The translations under genes were made by a program, and so were the position numbers. From Macrostomum hystrix (Eukaryota; Animalia; Platyhelminthes): a stretch of 64,000 nt of DNA. Under the pieces are notes generated by a model that saw only the letters and a list, made by a program, of their open reading frames with translations, did no database searches and was not told the origin of the DNA. This document shows, one piece after another, positions 47,996-60,300 of the stretch; position 1 is the stretch's first letter; the number at the start of each line of letters is the position of its first letter. Where the stretch lies: positions 13,764,001 through 13,828,000 of the forward strand of contig CATNEN010000001.1 of NCBI GenBank assembly GCA_950097015.1. The letters are read 5' to 3'.

Positions 47996-49797
47996 AGCTC
48001 CGTCTGCGCGGCAATCCGTGGAACGCCTACGAGCGCGAACTCCGCGACGCCTCCCAGTGTCTGGCCGGCTGTGTGGCCGTCATCAGCGACTTAAGCGACG
48101 GTGCCAACGAAGCTGCCGCGGCTGGCAGTGTCCGCTGGCAGCTGGCCGTGGCATGCAGCGTGCGCGCCAGTCAGCCCAGCTGTCTGTTCTTCTATTCCAG
48201 CGCGAATCGCCCAGATTCGGCTTCCAACTGCTCCATCATCCAAGACAGTCGGGCTGGTTGCAGTAGCGGCGAGTTCAAAAACGAGACTGATAATTATATT
48301 GTTGAAAAGAATCATTCCAACGGTCTTCAAGAAACTGATGGACAATTGGAGTGTCGCTATCGACTACTGGGTTTTGCTCCGCCCGATTCTGTACGAATTA
48401 TGCCAGGTGAGAATGCATGGGATGAGATAGGTGTGAGATAATGAGGTGAGATTACTGAGATGTGAGATTAATGTAAGATTGAAAGGTGAGACAGAGGTGA
48501 CCTTGAAAGGTGAGATAGAAGTGACATTGAGGTGAGATTGAAAGATGAGATTGGGTGAGATTGAAAGATGAGATTGGGTGAGATTGAAAGATGAGATTGG
48601 GTGAGATTGAAAGATGAGATTGGGTGAGATTGAAAGATGAGATTGGGTGAGATGGAAAGATGAGATTGGGTGAGATTGAAAGATGAGATTGGGTGAGATT
48701 GAAAGATGAGATTGGGTGAGATTGAAAGGTGAGATAGAGGTGAGATTGAAAGATGAGATTGGGTGACATTGACAGATGAGATTGGGTGAGATTGAGAGGT
48801 GAGATAGAGGTGAGATTTAAAGGTGAGATAGAGGTGACATTGAAAGATGAGATTGGTTGAGATTGAAAGGTGAGATTGCTATAGCTACTTTGTCTAGCTA
48901 TTGTTATCACGATACCCCTGCGTTTCAGCGGACTCCGAACTTCTCGCCGCTTTCTACCGTCGCCTTACTAAGTCGCCAGCACCGTCAGATGATTTGGTTC
49001 AACAGAACCAGGAGCAGCTTCAGTTGCTGCAACCGCAGCAGCAGCAGCAGCAGCAGCATCATCATCTTCGCCTAGGCGGGTCTCCATGGCGACCCAATTC
49101 GCCGGAGGAAGCTCGCAGCGCCCGCTTAGCCGTTCTGAATCTACTCATGGCCGCTTCTTCTTCGTGTTCCCCGGCCGGTTCTTATTGGCTGCCGCGTCAA
49201 CCAATCAGAGCCAGCGGACGGGTGACAGAGAAGCCCTGCCTTTTATTGACGCCTACGATTAGGAATCGAAGAACAGTCAGGCTATTCTGCCTGGCACCCG
49301 TCGGTGCTAGGAGTCTATTGATTGCCGGAGCCACGAGCCACGAAGTTGAACAGGTTCGATCGGTCCTCCAGCTGGCTGACGCTTTCGCTGCTGAAGAACA
49401 ATTTCTGAATGCTTCTTCTAGTAGTTCAACAACGCCGGCTGCTGTCTGCTTTGAATTGAATCGCAGATTCTGGTCCACTGGCTCCAGCACGGGTGCTTGC
49501 AGCTCTGTCGCCACCTCCTGCTGCTGCTGTTGCTGCTGCTGCTGCGGCGGCGGAAGCGGCGGCGGTGGCGGCGGAGGCACAATGGGTTCAGCGGGACATT
49601 GGCTATTATTGGCTATAATTGGCCAGTTAACAACAACAGCAGCAGCAGCAGCAGCAGTCAAAGGTGGCGGTGGTCGCAAAAAATGTCGCCTGTTGTGCGC
49701 TGCCGATGCCTGCTCTCGATTGATCAGTCGATCGGACACTGTGCCTGAGGATTGGCCTACACTCTGGCTAGCTGTTAGCCATACTAGCGATGACTGA
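47237..49797 (+). CDS. Uncharacterised ~647-aa protein with MGxxxS myristoylation motif and four internal domain repeats
   Basis: Exons 47237-47831, 47927-48406 (alternative donor after 48430), 48929-49797; GT-AG, in frame. Repeated motifs KLQGQPW / RLRGNPW / RLGGSPW / ELNRRFW, and FCLAP twice. Confidence 0.75.
48470..48878. repeat. 23-bp minisatellite in intron 2 of the uncharacterised gene
   Basis: Unit GATTGAAAGATGAGATTGGGTGA. Confidence 0.93.
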
Positions 49798-49886
49798 CGA
49801 TCACTGTGCGATCTGGATTGCGTTAGATTAACATTTGTGCCCTAATTTTGCACCATAGATTTCAAGCATTACATTCAAGCTTAGAT

Positions 49887-50571
49887 AGAGAGTGACAGAT
49901 TGAATAAGGGAGAGAGTGACAGATTGATTAAAGGAGAGAGTGACAGATTGAATAAGGGAGAGAGTGACAGATTGATTAAAGGAGAGAGTGACAGATTGAA
50001 TAAGGGAGAGAGTGACAGATTGATTAAAGGAGAGAGTGACAGATTGAATAAGGGAGAGAGTGACAGATTGATTAAAGGAGAGAGTGACAGATTGAATAAG
50101 GGAGAGAGTGACAGATTGATTAAAGGAGAGAGTGACAGATTGAATAAGGGAGAGAGTGACAGATTGAATAAGGGAGAGAGTGACAGATTGAATAAGGGAG
50201 AGAGTGACAGATTGAATAAGGGAGAGAGTGACAGATTGAATAAGGGAGAGAGTGACAGATTGAATAAGGGAGAGAGTGACAGATTGAATAAGGGAGAGAG
50301 TGACAGATTGAATAAGGGAGAGAGTGACAGATTGAATAAGGGAGAGAGTGACAGATTGAATAAGGGAGAGAGTGACAGATTGAATAAGGGAGAGAGTGAC
50401 AGATTGAATAAGGGAGAGAGTGACAGATTGAATAAGGGAGAGAGTGACAGATTGAATAAGGGAGAGAGTGACAGATTGAAGAAGGGAGAGAGTGACAGAT
50501 TGAATAAGGGAGAGAGTGACAGATTGAATAAAGGAGAGAGTGACAGATTGAACAAGGGAGAGAGTGACAGA
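49887..50571. repeat. 24-bp purine-rich minisatellite
   Basis: Unit GAGAGTGACAGATTGAATAAGGGA (alternating with a GATTAAAGGA variant at the 5' end), ~28 copies. Confidence 0.97.
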
Positions 50572-50941
50572 CTTTTAGGTCACATAACGATGCATAAGTT
50601 TAAGGCGCACTTTGCTGGTGATTTGTGATATGCACTTTTTGTAATTGTCAGTTGCTTAGTCTCTATGGATTGTTAACCCAAAATGATTTGAACAGCCTTC
50701 ACGTCTTGTTATTTTTATTAAATTTTTTTTCCAGTTTGAATTGAAACTTTTCAATTTCAAAATATACTGCACAAGTTTAATTCCTATTTTTGTGGGACTT
50801 CAAACGTGTTTTCATTTTCGCTCAATCCATCAATGTAGTTTTTTACTATTGTTTTAGATCCGCATAATTACTAAGCTACTTGGTTTTCTGGGTATCTTTG
50901 TTATCCTGGCATGGTGTCTGAAAATATATGTAAATATATCC

Positions 50942-51599
50942 GACAGTGTCTGTAAATCAATCTGCCAGTGTCTGTAATTCAATCTGACATTGTCTGTAAA
51001 CCAATAAGACAGTGTCTGTAAATCAATCTTACAGTGTCTGTAAATCAATCTGACAGTGTCTGTAAATCAATCTGACAGTATCTGTGTCTGACTGTGTCTG
51101 TAAATCAATCTGACAGTGTCTGTAAATCAATCTGTCAGTGTCTGTAAATCAATCTATCAGTGTCTGTAAATCAATCTGACAGTGTCTGTAAATCAATCTT
51201 ACAGTGTCTGTAAATCAATCTGACATTGTCTGTAAACCAATAAGACAGTGTCTGTAAATCAATCTTACAGTGTCTGTAAATCAATCTGACAGAGTCTGTA
51301 AATCAATCTGACAGTGTCTGTAAATCAATCTGACAGTGTCTGTAAATCAATCTTACAGTGTCTGTAAATCAATCTGACAGTGTCTGTAAATCAATCTGAC
51401 AGAGTCTGTAAATCAATCTGACAGTGTCTGTAAATCAATCTTACAGTGTCTGTAAATCAATCTGACAGAGTCTGTAAATCAATCTGACAGTGTCTGTAAA
51501 TCAATCTGACAGTGTCTGTAAATCAATCTTACAGTGTCTGTAAATCAATCTGACAGAGTCTGTAAATCAATCTGACAGTGTCTGTAAATCAATCTGACA
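50942..51599. repeat. 22-bp minisatellite
   Basis: Unit GACAGTGTCTGTAAATCAATCT, ~30 copies. Confidence 0.96.
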
Positions 51600-52472
51600 A
51601 TACTTCTAACTATTGCTTATGAATCAAGCTACCCTTTCGCTTGAGTTATATATCATTCTAGTATCATATCAGTTGATCACTTGTTAGTAAGGCTTCAGTA
51701 CAATGATGCCACGTCAGTACACACAGTATTGTCCTGTCACATTATGCACTATTATTGTGTTAACTGTCAAATAAGGCTAGAATTTCTATCCCAAGTTATA
51801 CCCCATAGTAGCACTTGTGCCTATAAGTATTGTCCTATAGGAGTTTCCCATTCATCAGACTCTGACATGAACAGACTAAAGAGTGAAGTACCACAGAGTG
51901 TTTCTGGTCTAATTCTTATCTCTTGCTGCTTATCAATTCAATTTTGAGATCACAAGCCCTTGCATACTCACATCCGCATTGTTGTGTTGGGTCTGTTATG
52001 GACTAGGACCATAATTAACCTATTGTGGTTGACAAGTTGACACTAATCCCCTAGCACGATAGTCGCATTACCATAACTTTACGTACAGGTCAGGAGTTAC
52101 ATTCGCAGTGTTTTGATACGCCACTGATTGTGCAGCTGACCCACAAAATTTTTATTTCTACTCTTTTATATCTATCTATTTTCTGTCCTTCAATTTAGCT
52201 ATGTACTTTTATTTTCAACCACTCTTCAGGCACCAGACGGTCTATGGGGAAATTAGCACTGAAAATATGTATCTATAGAAATCGACCACGGATCTTCGTT
52301 GTTAGTGGATCGGGCGAGACTTTTTTAAAAAATTTACTCTCTGTCTGCCGTTTTTGACCGCAAATGGGGATCTTTTTTCATCTGGCGGCCCTCATAGCGG
52401 CTTCTGTTGCCCAGAATTGATTTGCTTTCGTGTGTTGGCCTGTGTGTCTGCGGCTTGATCTGCTTGATTGTC

Positions 52473-53466
52473 TCCTTCAGGTCGCTCTCCCTGTCCTTCA
52501 GGTCGCTCTCCCTGTCCTTCAGGTCGCTCTCCCTGTCCTTCAGGTCGCTCTCCCTGTCCTTCAGGTCGCTCTCCCTGTCCTTCAGGTCGCTCTCCCTGTC
52601 CTTCAGGTCGCTCTCCCTGTCCTTCAGGTCGCTCTCCCTGTCCTTCAGGTCGCTCTCCCTGTCCTTCAGGTCGCTCTCCCTGTCCTTCAGGTCGCTCTCC
52701 CTGTCCTTCAGGTCGCTCTCCCTGTCCTTCAGGTCGCTCTCCCTGTCCTTCAGGTCGCTCTCCCTGTCCTTCAGGTCGCTCTCCCTGTCCTTCAGGTCGC
52801 TCTCCCTGTCCTTCAGGTCGCTCTCCCTGTCCTTCAGGTCGCTCTCCCTGTCCTTCAGGTCGCTCTCCCTGTCCTTCAGGTCGCTCTCCCTGTCCTTCAG
52901 GTCGCTCTCCCTGTCCTTCAGGTCGCTCTCCCTGTCCTTCAGGTCGCTCTCCCTGTCCTTCAGGTCGCTCTCCCTGTCCTTCAGGTCGCTCTCCCTGTCC
53001 TTCAGGTCGCTCTCCCTGTCCTTCAGGTCGCTCTCCCTGTCCTTCAGGTCGCTCTCCCTGTCCTTCAGGTCGCTCTCCCTGTCCTTCAGGTCGCTCTCCC
53101 TGTCCTTCAGGTCGCTCTCCCTGTCCTTCAGGTCGCTCTCCCTGTCCTTCAGGTCGCTCTCCCTGTCCTTCAGGTCGCTCTCCCTGTCCTTCAGGTCGCT
53201 CTCCCTGTCCTTCAGGTCGCTCTCCCTGTCCTTCAGGTCGCTCTCCCTGTCCTTCAGGTCGCTCTCCCTGTCCTTCAGGTCGCTCTCCCTGTCCTTCAGG
53301 TCGCTCTCCCTGTCCTTCAGGTCGCTCTCCCTGTCCTTCAGGTCGCTCTCCCTGTCCTTCAGGTCGCTCTCCCTGTCCTTCAGGTCGCTCTCCCTGTCCT
53401 TCAGGTCGCTCTCCCTGTCCTTCAGGTCGCTCTCCCTGTCCTTCAGGTCGCTCTCCCTGTCCTTCA
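52473..53466. repeat. Perfect 21-bp array (minus strand reads DLKDRES)
   Basis: Unit TCCTTCAGGTCGCTCTCCCTG, ~47 apparently identical copies. Confidence 0.97.
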
Positions 53467-56400
53467 GCTCATCCATAATCTACTTCAGGTCATCCACAAT
53501 CTACTTCAGGTCATCCACAATCTACTTCAGGTCATCCACAATCTACTTCAGGTCATCCACAATCTACTTCAGCTCATCCACAATCTACTTCAGCTCATCC
53601 ACAATCTTCTTCAGGTCATCCACAATCTACTTCAGGTCATTTAAAATCTACTTCAGGACATCCACAATCTACTTCAGGTCATCCACAATCTACTTCAGGT
53701 CATCCACAATCTACTTCAGGTCATCCACAATCTACTTCAGGTCATCCACAATCTACTTCAGGTCATCCACAATCTACTTCAGGTCATCCACAATCTTCTT
53801 CAGCTCATCCACAGTCTACTTCAGCTCATCCACAATCTACTTCAGGACATCCACAATCTACTCTAGGTCATCCACAATCTACTTCAGGTCATCCACAATC
53901 TACTTCAGGTCATCCACAATCTACTTCAGGTCATCCACAATCTACTTCAGGTCATCCACAATCTACTTCAGGTCATCCACAATCTACTTCACGACATCCA
54001 CAATCTACTTCAGGACATCCACAATCTACATTAGGTAATCCACAATCTACTTCAGGTAATCCACAATCTACTTCAGGTCATCCACAATCTACTTCAGGTC
54101 ATCCACAATCTACTTCATGTCATCCACAATCTACTTCAGGTAATCCAAAATCTACTTCAGGTCATCCACAATCTACTTCAGGTCATCCACAATCTACTTC
54201 AGGTAATCCACAATCTACTTCAGGACATCCACAATCTACTTCAGCTCATCCACAATCTACTTCAGGTAAGCCACAATCTACTTCAGGACATCCACAATCT
54301 ACTTCAGGTAATCCACAATCTACTTCAGGTAATCCACAATCTACTTCAGGTCATCCAAAATCTACTTCAGGTCATCCACAGTCTACTTCAGCTCATCCAC
54401 AATCTACTTCAGGTAATCCACAATCTACTTCACGACATCCACAATCTACTTCAGGACATCCACAATCTACATTAGGTAATCCACAATCTACTTCAGGTCA
54501 TCCACAATCTACTTCAGGTCATCCACAATCTACTTCAGGTCATCCACAATCTTCTTCAGCTCATCCACAATCTACTTCAGGTCATCCACAATCTACTTCA
54601 GGTCATCCACAATCTACTTCAGGTCATCCACAATCTACTTCAGCTCATCCACAATCTACTTCAGCTCATCCACAATCTACTTCAGGTAATCCACAATCTA
54701 CTTCAGCTCATCCACAATCTACTTCAGCTCATCCACAATCTACTTCAGGTAATCCACAATCTACTTCAGGTCATCCACAATCTACTTCAGGTCATCCACA
54801 ATCTACTTCAGGTCATCCACAATCTACTTCAGGTCATCCACAATCTTCTTCAGCTCATCCACAGTCTACTTCAGCTCATCCACAATCTACTTCAGGACAT
54901 CCACAATCTACTCTAGGTCATCCACAATCTACTTCAGGTCATCCACAATCTACTTCAGGTCATCCACAATCTACTTCAGGTCATCCACAATCTACTTCAG
55001 GTCATCCACAATCTACTTCATGTCATCCACAATCTACTTCACGACATCCACAATCTACTTCAGGACATCCACAATCTACATTAGGTAATCCACAATCTAC
55101 TTCAGGTAATCCACAATCTACTTCAGGTCATCCACAATCTACTTCAGGTCATCCACAATCTACTTCAGGTCATCCACAATCTACTTCAGGTCATCCACAA
55201 TCTACTTCACGACATCCACAATCTACTTCAGGACATCCACAATCTACATTAGGTAATCCACAATCTACTTCAGGTAATCCACAATCTACTTCAGGTCATC
55301 CACAATCTACTTCAGGTCATCCACAATCTACTTCATGTCATCCACAATCTACTTCAGGTAATCCAAAATCTACTTCAGGTCATCCACAATCTACTTCAGG
55401 TCATCCACAATCTACTTCAGGTAATCCACAATCTACTTCAGGACATCCACAATCTACTTCAGCTCATCCACAATCTACTTCAGGTAATCCACAATCTACT
55501 TCAGGACATCCACAATCTACTTCAGGTAATCCACAATCTACTTCAGGTAATCCACAATCTACTTCAGGTCATCCAAAATCTACTTCAGGTCATCCACAGT
55601 CTACTTCAGCTCATCCACAATCTACTTCAGGTAATCCACAATCTACTTCAGGACATCCACAATCTACTTCAGGTCATCCACAATCTACTTCAGGTCATCC
55701 ACAATCTACTTCAGGTCATCCACAATCTACTTCAGGTCATCCACAATCTACTTCAGGTCATCCACAATCTTCTTCAGCTCATCCACAGTCTACTTCAGGT
55801 CATCCACAATCTACTTCAGGTCATCCACAATCTACTTCAGGTCATCCACAATCTACTTCAGGACATCCACAATCTACTCTAGGTCATCCACAATCTACTT
55901 CAGGACATCCACAATCTACTCTAGGTCATCCACAATCTACTTCAGGTCATCCACAATCTACTTCAGGTCATCCACAATCTACTTCAGGTCATCCACAATC
56001 TACTTCAGGTCATCCACAATCTTCTTCAGGTCATCCACAGTCTACTTCAGGTCATCCACAATCTACTTCAGGACATCCACAATCTACTCTAGGTCATCCA
56101 CAATCTACTTCAGGTCATCCACAATCTACTTCAGGTCATCCACAATCTACTTCAGGTCATCCACAATCTACTTCAGGTCATCCACAATCTACTTCAGGTC
56201 ATCCACAATCTTCTTCAGCTCATCCACAGTCTACTTCAGCTCATCCACAATCTACTTCAGCTCATCCACAATCTACTTCAGGACATCCACAATCTACTCT
56301 AGGTCATCCACAATCTACTTCAGGTCATCCACAATCTACTTCAGGTCATCCACAATCTACTTCAGGTCATCCACAATCTACTTCAGGTCATCCACAATCT

Positions 56401-56968
56401 ACTTCAGGTCATCCACAATCTTCTTCAGCTCATCCACAGTCTACTTCAGCTCATCCACAATCTACTTCAGGACATCCACAATCTACTCTAGGTCATCCAC
56501 AATCTACTTCAGGTCATCCACAATCTACTTCAGGTCATCCACAATCTTCTTCAGCTCATCCACAGTCTACTTCAGCTCATCCACAATCTACTTCAGGACA
56601 TCCACAATCTACTCTAGGTCATCCACAATCTACTTCAGGTCATCCACAATCTACTTCAGGTCATCCACAATCTACTTCAGGTCATCCACAATCTACTTCA
56701 GGTCATCCACAATCTACTTCAGGTCATCCACAATCTTCTTCAGCTCATCCACAGTCTACTTCAGCTCATCCACAATCTACTTCAGGACATCCACAATCTA
56801 CTCTAGGTTATCCACAATCTACTTCAGGTCATCCACAATCTACTTCAGGTCATCCACAATCTACTTCAGGTCATCCACAATCTACTTCAGGTCATCCACA
56901 ATCTACTTCAGGTCATCCACAATCTTCTTCAGCTCATCCACAGTCTACTTCAGCTCATCCACAGTCTA
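53467..56968. repeat. 21-bp array (minus strand reads IVDDLK*), same register as preceding array
   Basis: Unit CTACTTCAGGTCATCCACAAT, ~166 copies with substitution variants. Phase is constant at 53480, 54362, 55202 and 56882. Confidence 0.97.
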
Positions 56969-57359
56969 CGCCAGATCTGTTTAGATTCTGTCTAGAATAT
57001 TTTGCTTGCTGTAAGTTTTTACTGCTCAGTGATCAAGCATAATCACTTGTTTCCTTGCCATCAAGCAAAAACTGCCATCGCTCTGTTTTTCCTTTACCTT
57101 CTCTATCTGTGCTCCTAATTTATGTCTAGCCCATTCTGAGCCATAGTGTCATCCTTCTCCTTTGCCGGACTAGTCAGGAAATGAGATCAGTGAGCAGTGA
57201 GCAGTGAGCAGTGAGCAGTGCACGGCCTGACAAGCCGGAGCGTGGCTGCTGTGTTTTATGTTAGATCTCAAATTTCCTGCTAGTCGATACATTGCCTCAT
57301 CATAATTTGCTACTATTTCAGAGTTGCTGCTGCCAGAAGGCTGTATAATTCGCTTAGTC

Positions 57360-60300
57360 ATGAGCAATTATTTTAGTCGATTAAGTCAGCTGCTGTTTGA
57401 GCTGGAGACTGTCGGAGACAATATCTATCGATCCATACTTCTACCTGGGTGAGTTGCCTACTTTATCTATAAAAACGCGTTTTATTTTATTTTTATACAA
57501 TAATTCAATAAAAGATTAAAAACTGGGACCAAGCTTAGTTCAGTTGGATGCAAAAATTTTCTGTCCATGGACTGGAGAGGGGACACGAGTTAGCCGCTTT
57601 TCCATCTAATACTAGTTCAAATTTTACACTCGACCTTCCAGTCTTTAATAAAAATTATCTATATTACTTACAGTAGGCTTATTGGACATACATTAAATTT
57701 TTCGTTTAATTTAATCAAAATATCGCCGTTTAAATTTGTTTCAGAAATCAGCTCTGGCAGGGCACAAGACGCGGTCTGTTTGGCGGTCAAGTGGCGGCCC
57801 AGTGTCTCAGTGCCGCCTACAGGACAGTGCCTGAGGACAGGCAGTGTCACAGCTTTCACAGCTATTTTATTTCTCTTGGTGAGAGCGGCTGCTGTGAGGT
57901 GGGGCTTTTCGATTGGGGTTGGTGTTTGGGTTGAAGAGTGTACAGTGCGGCAACGCCGAAAAGGTAATGTGCATTTAGATTCTATTTTTAGAACCGGGCA
58001 AGGCATGTTAAGCGTTAAGATAAAGCTTACGTACATCTCTAGCCAGGGACTGTTACTATTTTTAGAAATTTCTGATTAAGCGTACATGCAACTCTAGCCA
58101 GGGAATGTTGCTATTTTTAGAACTTTCAGATTAAACGTACATGCCAGGGAATGTTGCTATTTTTAGAAACGGATGATCTGAAATTAACTTTCTCTCTTTT
58201 GCCCCCTATTAAGGCGATCAAACCCAGCCAGTGACTTATAACGTCAGATGCATTCGCGACGGTCGATCCTACACTAGTCGAATGATTGAGGGCGCGCAGA
58301 AGGACAAGACCATCTTCTCCATGATCGCCTCATTCTCCAAGCCCGAAGCTGACATTGTACACATTAGCCAGCCTATGCCCAAGACACTGCAACCTGAGGA
58401 GCTAGATTTGATGACCTTTCTTACTGATCTAATAAAGTGAGTTGACATCCAAAGTTTACGTTAGAGATCAGAAAATCTTCCTGAAGTTTGTGTCTGAAAA
58501 CAGCTTTTGTATCCTAACAGCTTTCTTTTCTGGTCCTAATTTTTATTGATGCGTTTTTTTCAATTTTTTGAAACCCTTCCCCTTTTCTCACCATTTCCTT
58601 CCCCTTTTCTTACCGTTTCCTTCCCATTTCCTTCCCCGTTTCTTACCGTTTCCTTCCCCTTTTCTCACCATTTCCTTCCCCTTTTCTCACCATTTCCTTC
58701 CCCTTTTCTTACCATTTCCTTCCCCTTTTCTTACCGTTTCCTTCCCCTTTTCTTACCATTTCCTTCCCATTTTCTCACCATTTCCTTCCCCTTTTCTCAC
58801 CATTTCCTTCCCCTTTTCTTACCATTTCCTTCCCCTTTTCATACCGTTTCCTTCCCCTTTTCTCACCATTTCCTTCCCCTTTTCTCACCATTTCCTTCCC
58901 CTTTTCTTACCATTTCCTTCCCCTTTTCTCACCATTTCCTTCCCCTTTTCTCACCATTTCCTTCCCCTTTTCTTACCGTTTCCTTCCCATTTTCTCACCA
59001 TTTCCTTCCCCTTTTCTCACCATTTCCTTCCCCTTTTCTTACCATTTCCTTCCCCTTTTCATACCGTTTCCTTCCCCTTTTCTCACCATTTCCTTCCCCT
59101 TTTCTCACCATTTCCTTCCCCTTTTCTTACCATTTCCTTCCCCTTTTCTCACCATTTCCTTCCCCTTTTCTCACCATTTCCTTCCCCTTTTCTTACCGTT
59201 TCCTTCCCCTTTTCTTACCGTTTCCTTCCCCTTTTCTCACCATTTCCTTCCCCTTTTCTTACCATTTCCTTCCCCTTTTCTTACCATTTCCTTCCCCTTT
59301 TCTTACCATTTCCTTCCCCTTTTCTCACCCTTTCCTTCCCCTTTTCTTACCATTTCCTTCCCCTTTTCTTACCCTTTCCTTCCCCTTTTCTTACCGTTTC
59401 CTTCCCCTTTTCTCACCATTTCCTTCCCCTTTTCTCACCATTTCCTTCCCCTTTTCTTACCGTTTCCTTCCCCTTTTCTCACCATTTCCTTCCCCGTTTC
59501 TTACCGTTTCCTTCCCCTTTTCTCACCATTTCCTTCCCCTTTTCTCACCATTTCCTTCCCCTTTTCTTACCATTTCCTTCCCCTTTTCTCACCATTTCCT
59601 TCCCCTTTTCTTACCATTTCCTTCCCCTTTTCTTACCGTTTCCTTCCCCTTTTCTTACCATTTCCTTCCCCTTTTCTCACCATTTCCTTCCCCTTTTCTT
59701 ACCATTTCCTTCCCCTTTTCTTACCATTTCCTTCCCCTTTCTTACCATTTCCTTCCCCTTTTCTCACCATTTCCTTCCCCTTTTCTCACCATTTCCTTCC
59801 CCTTTTCTTACCATTTCCTTCCCCTTTTCTCACCATATCCTTCCCCTTTTCTTACCATTTCCTTCCCCTTTTCTCACCATTTCCTCCCCCTTTTTCTTAC
59901 CATTTCCTTCCCCTTTTCTTACCGTTTCCTTCCCCTTTTTCTTACCATTTCCTTCCCCTTTTCTCACCATTTCCTTCCCCTTTTCTCACCATTTCCTTCC
60001 CCTTTTCTCACCATTTCCTTCCCCTTTTCTCACCATTTCCTTCCCCTTTTCTTACCCTTTCCTTCCCCTTTTCTTACCATTTCCTTCCCCTTTTCTTACC
60101 GTTTCCTTCCCCTTTTCTCACCATTTCCTTCCCCTTTTCTCACCATTTCCTTCCCCTTTTCTTACCATTTCCTTCCCCTTTTCTCACCATTTCCTTCCCC
60201 TTTTCTCACCATTTCCTTCCCCTTTTCTCACCATTTCCTTCCCCTTTTCTTACCATTTCCTTCCCCTTTTCTTACCGTTTCCTTCCCCTTTTCTCACCAT

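Noticed and set aside
52334-57150. Alternative genetic code (TAR = Gln) or ciliate contamination
   Set aside because: Neighbouring conserved genes end at TAA (RERE, LIN7, SMARCE1) and TAG (ACOT8) and have no internal TAR, so the standard code applies.
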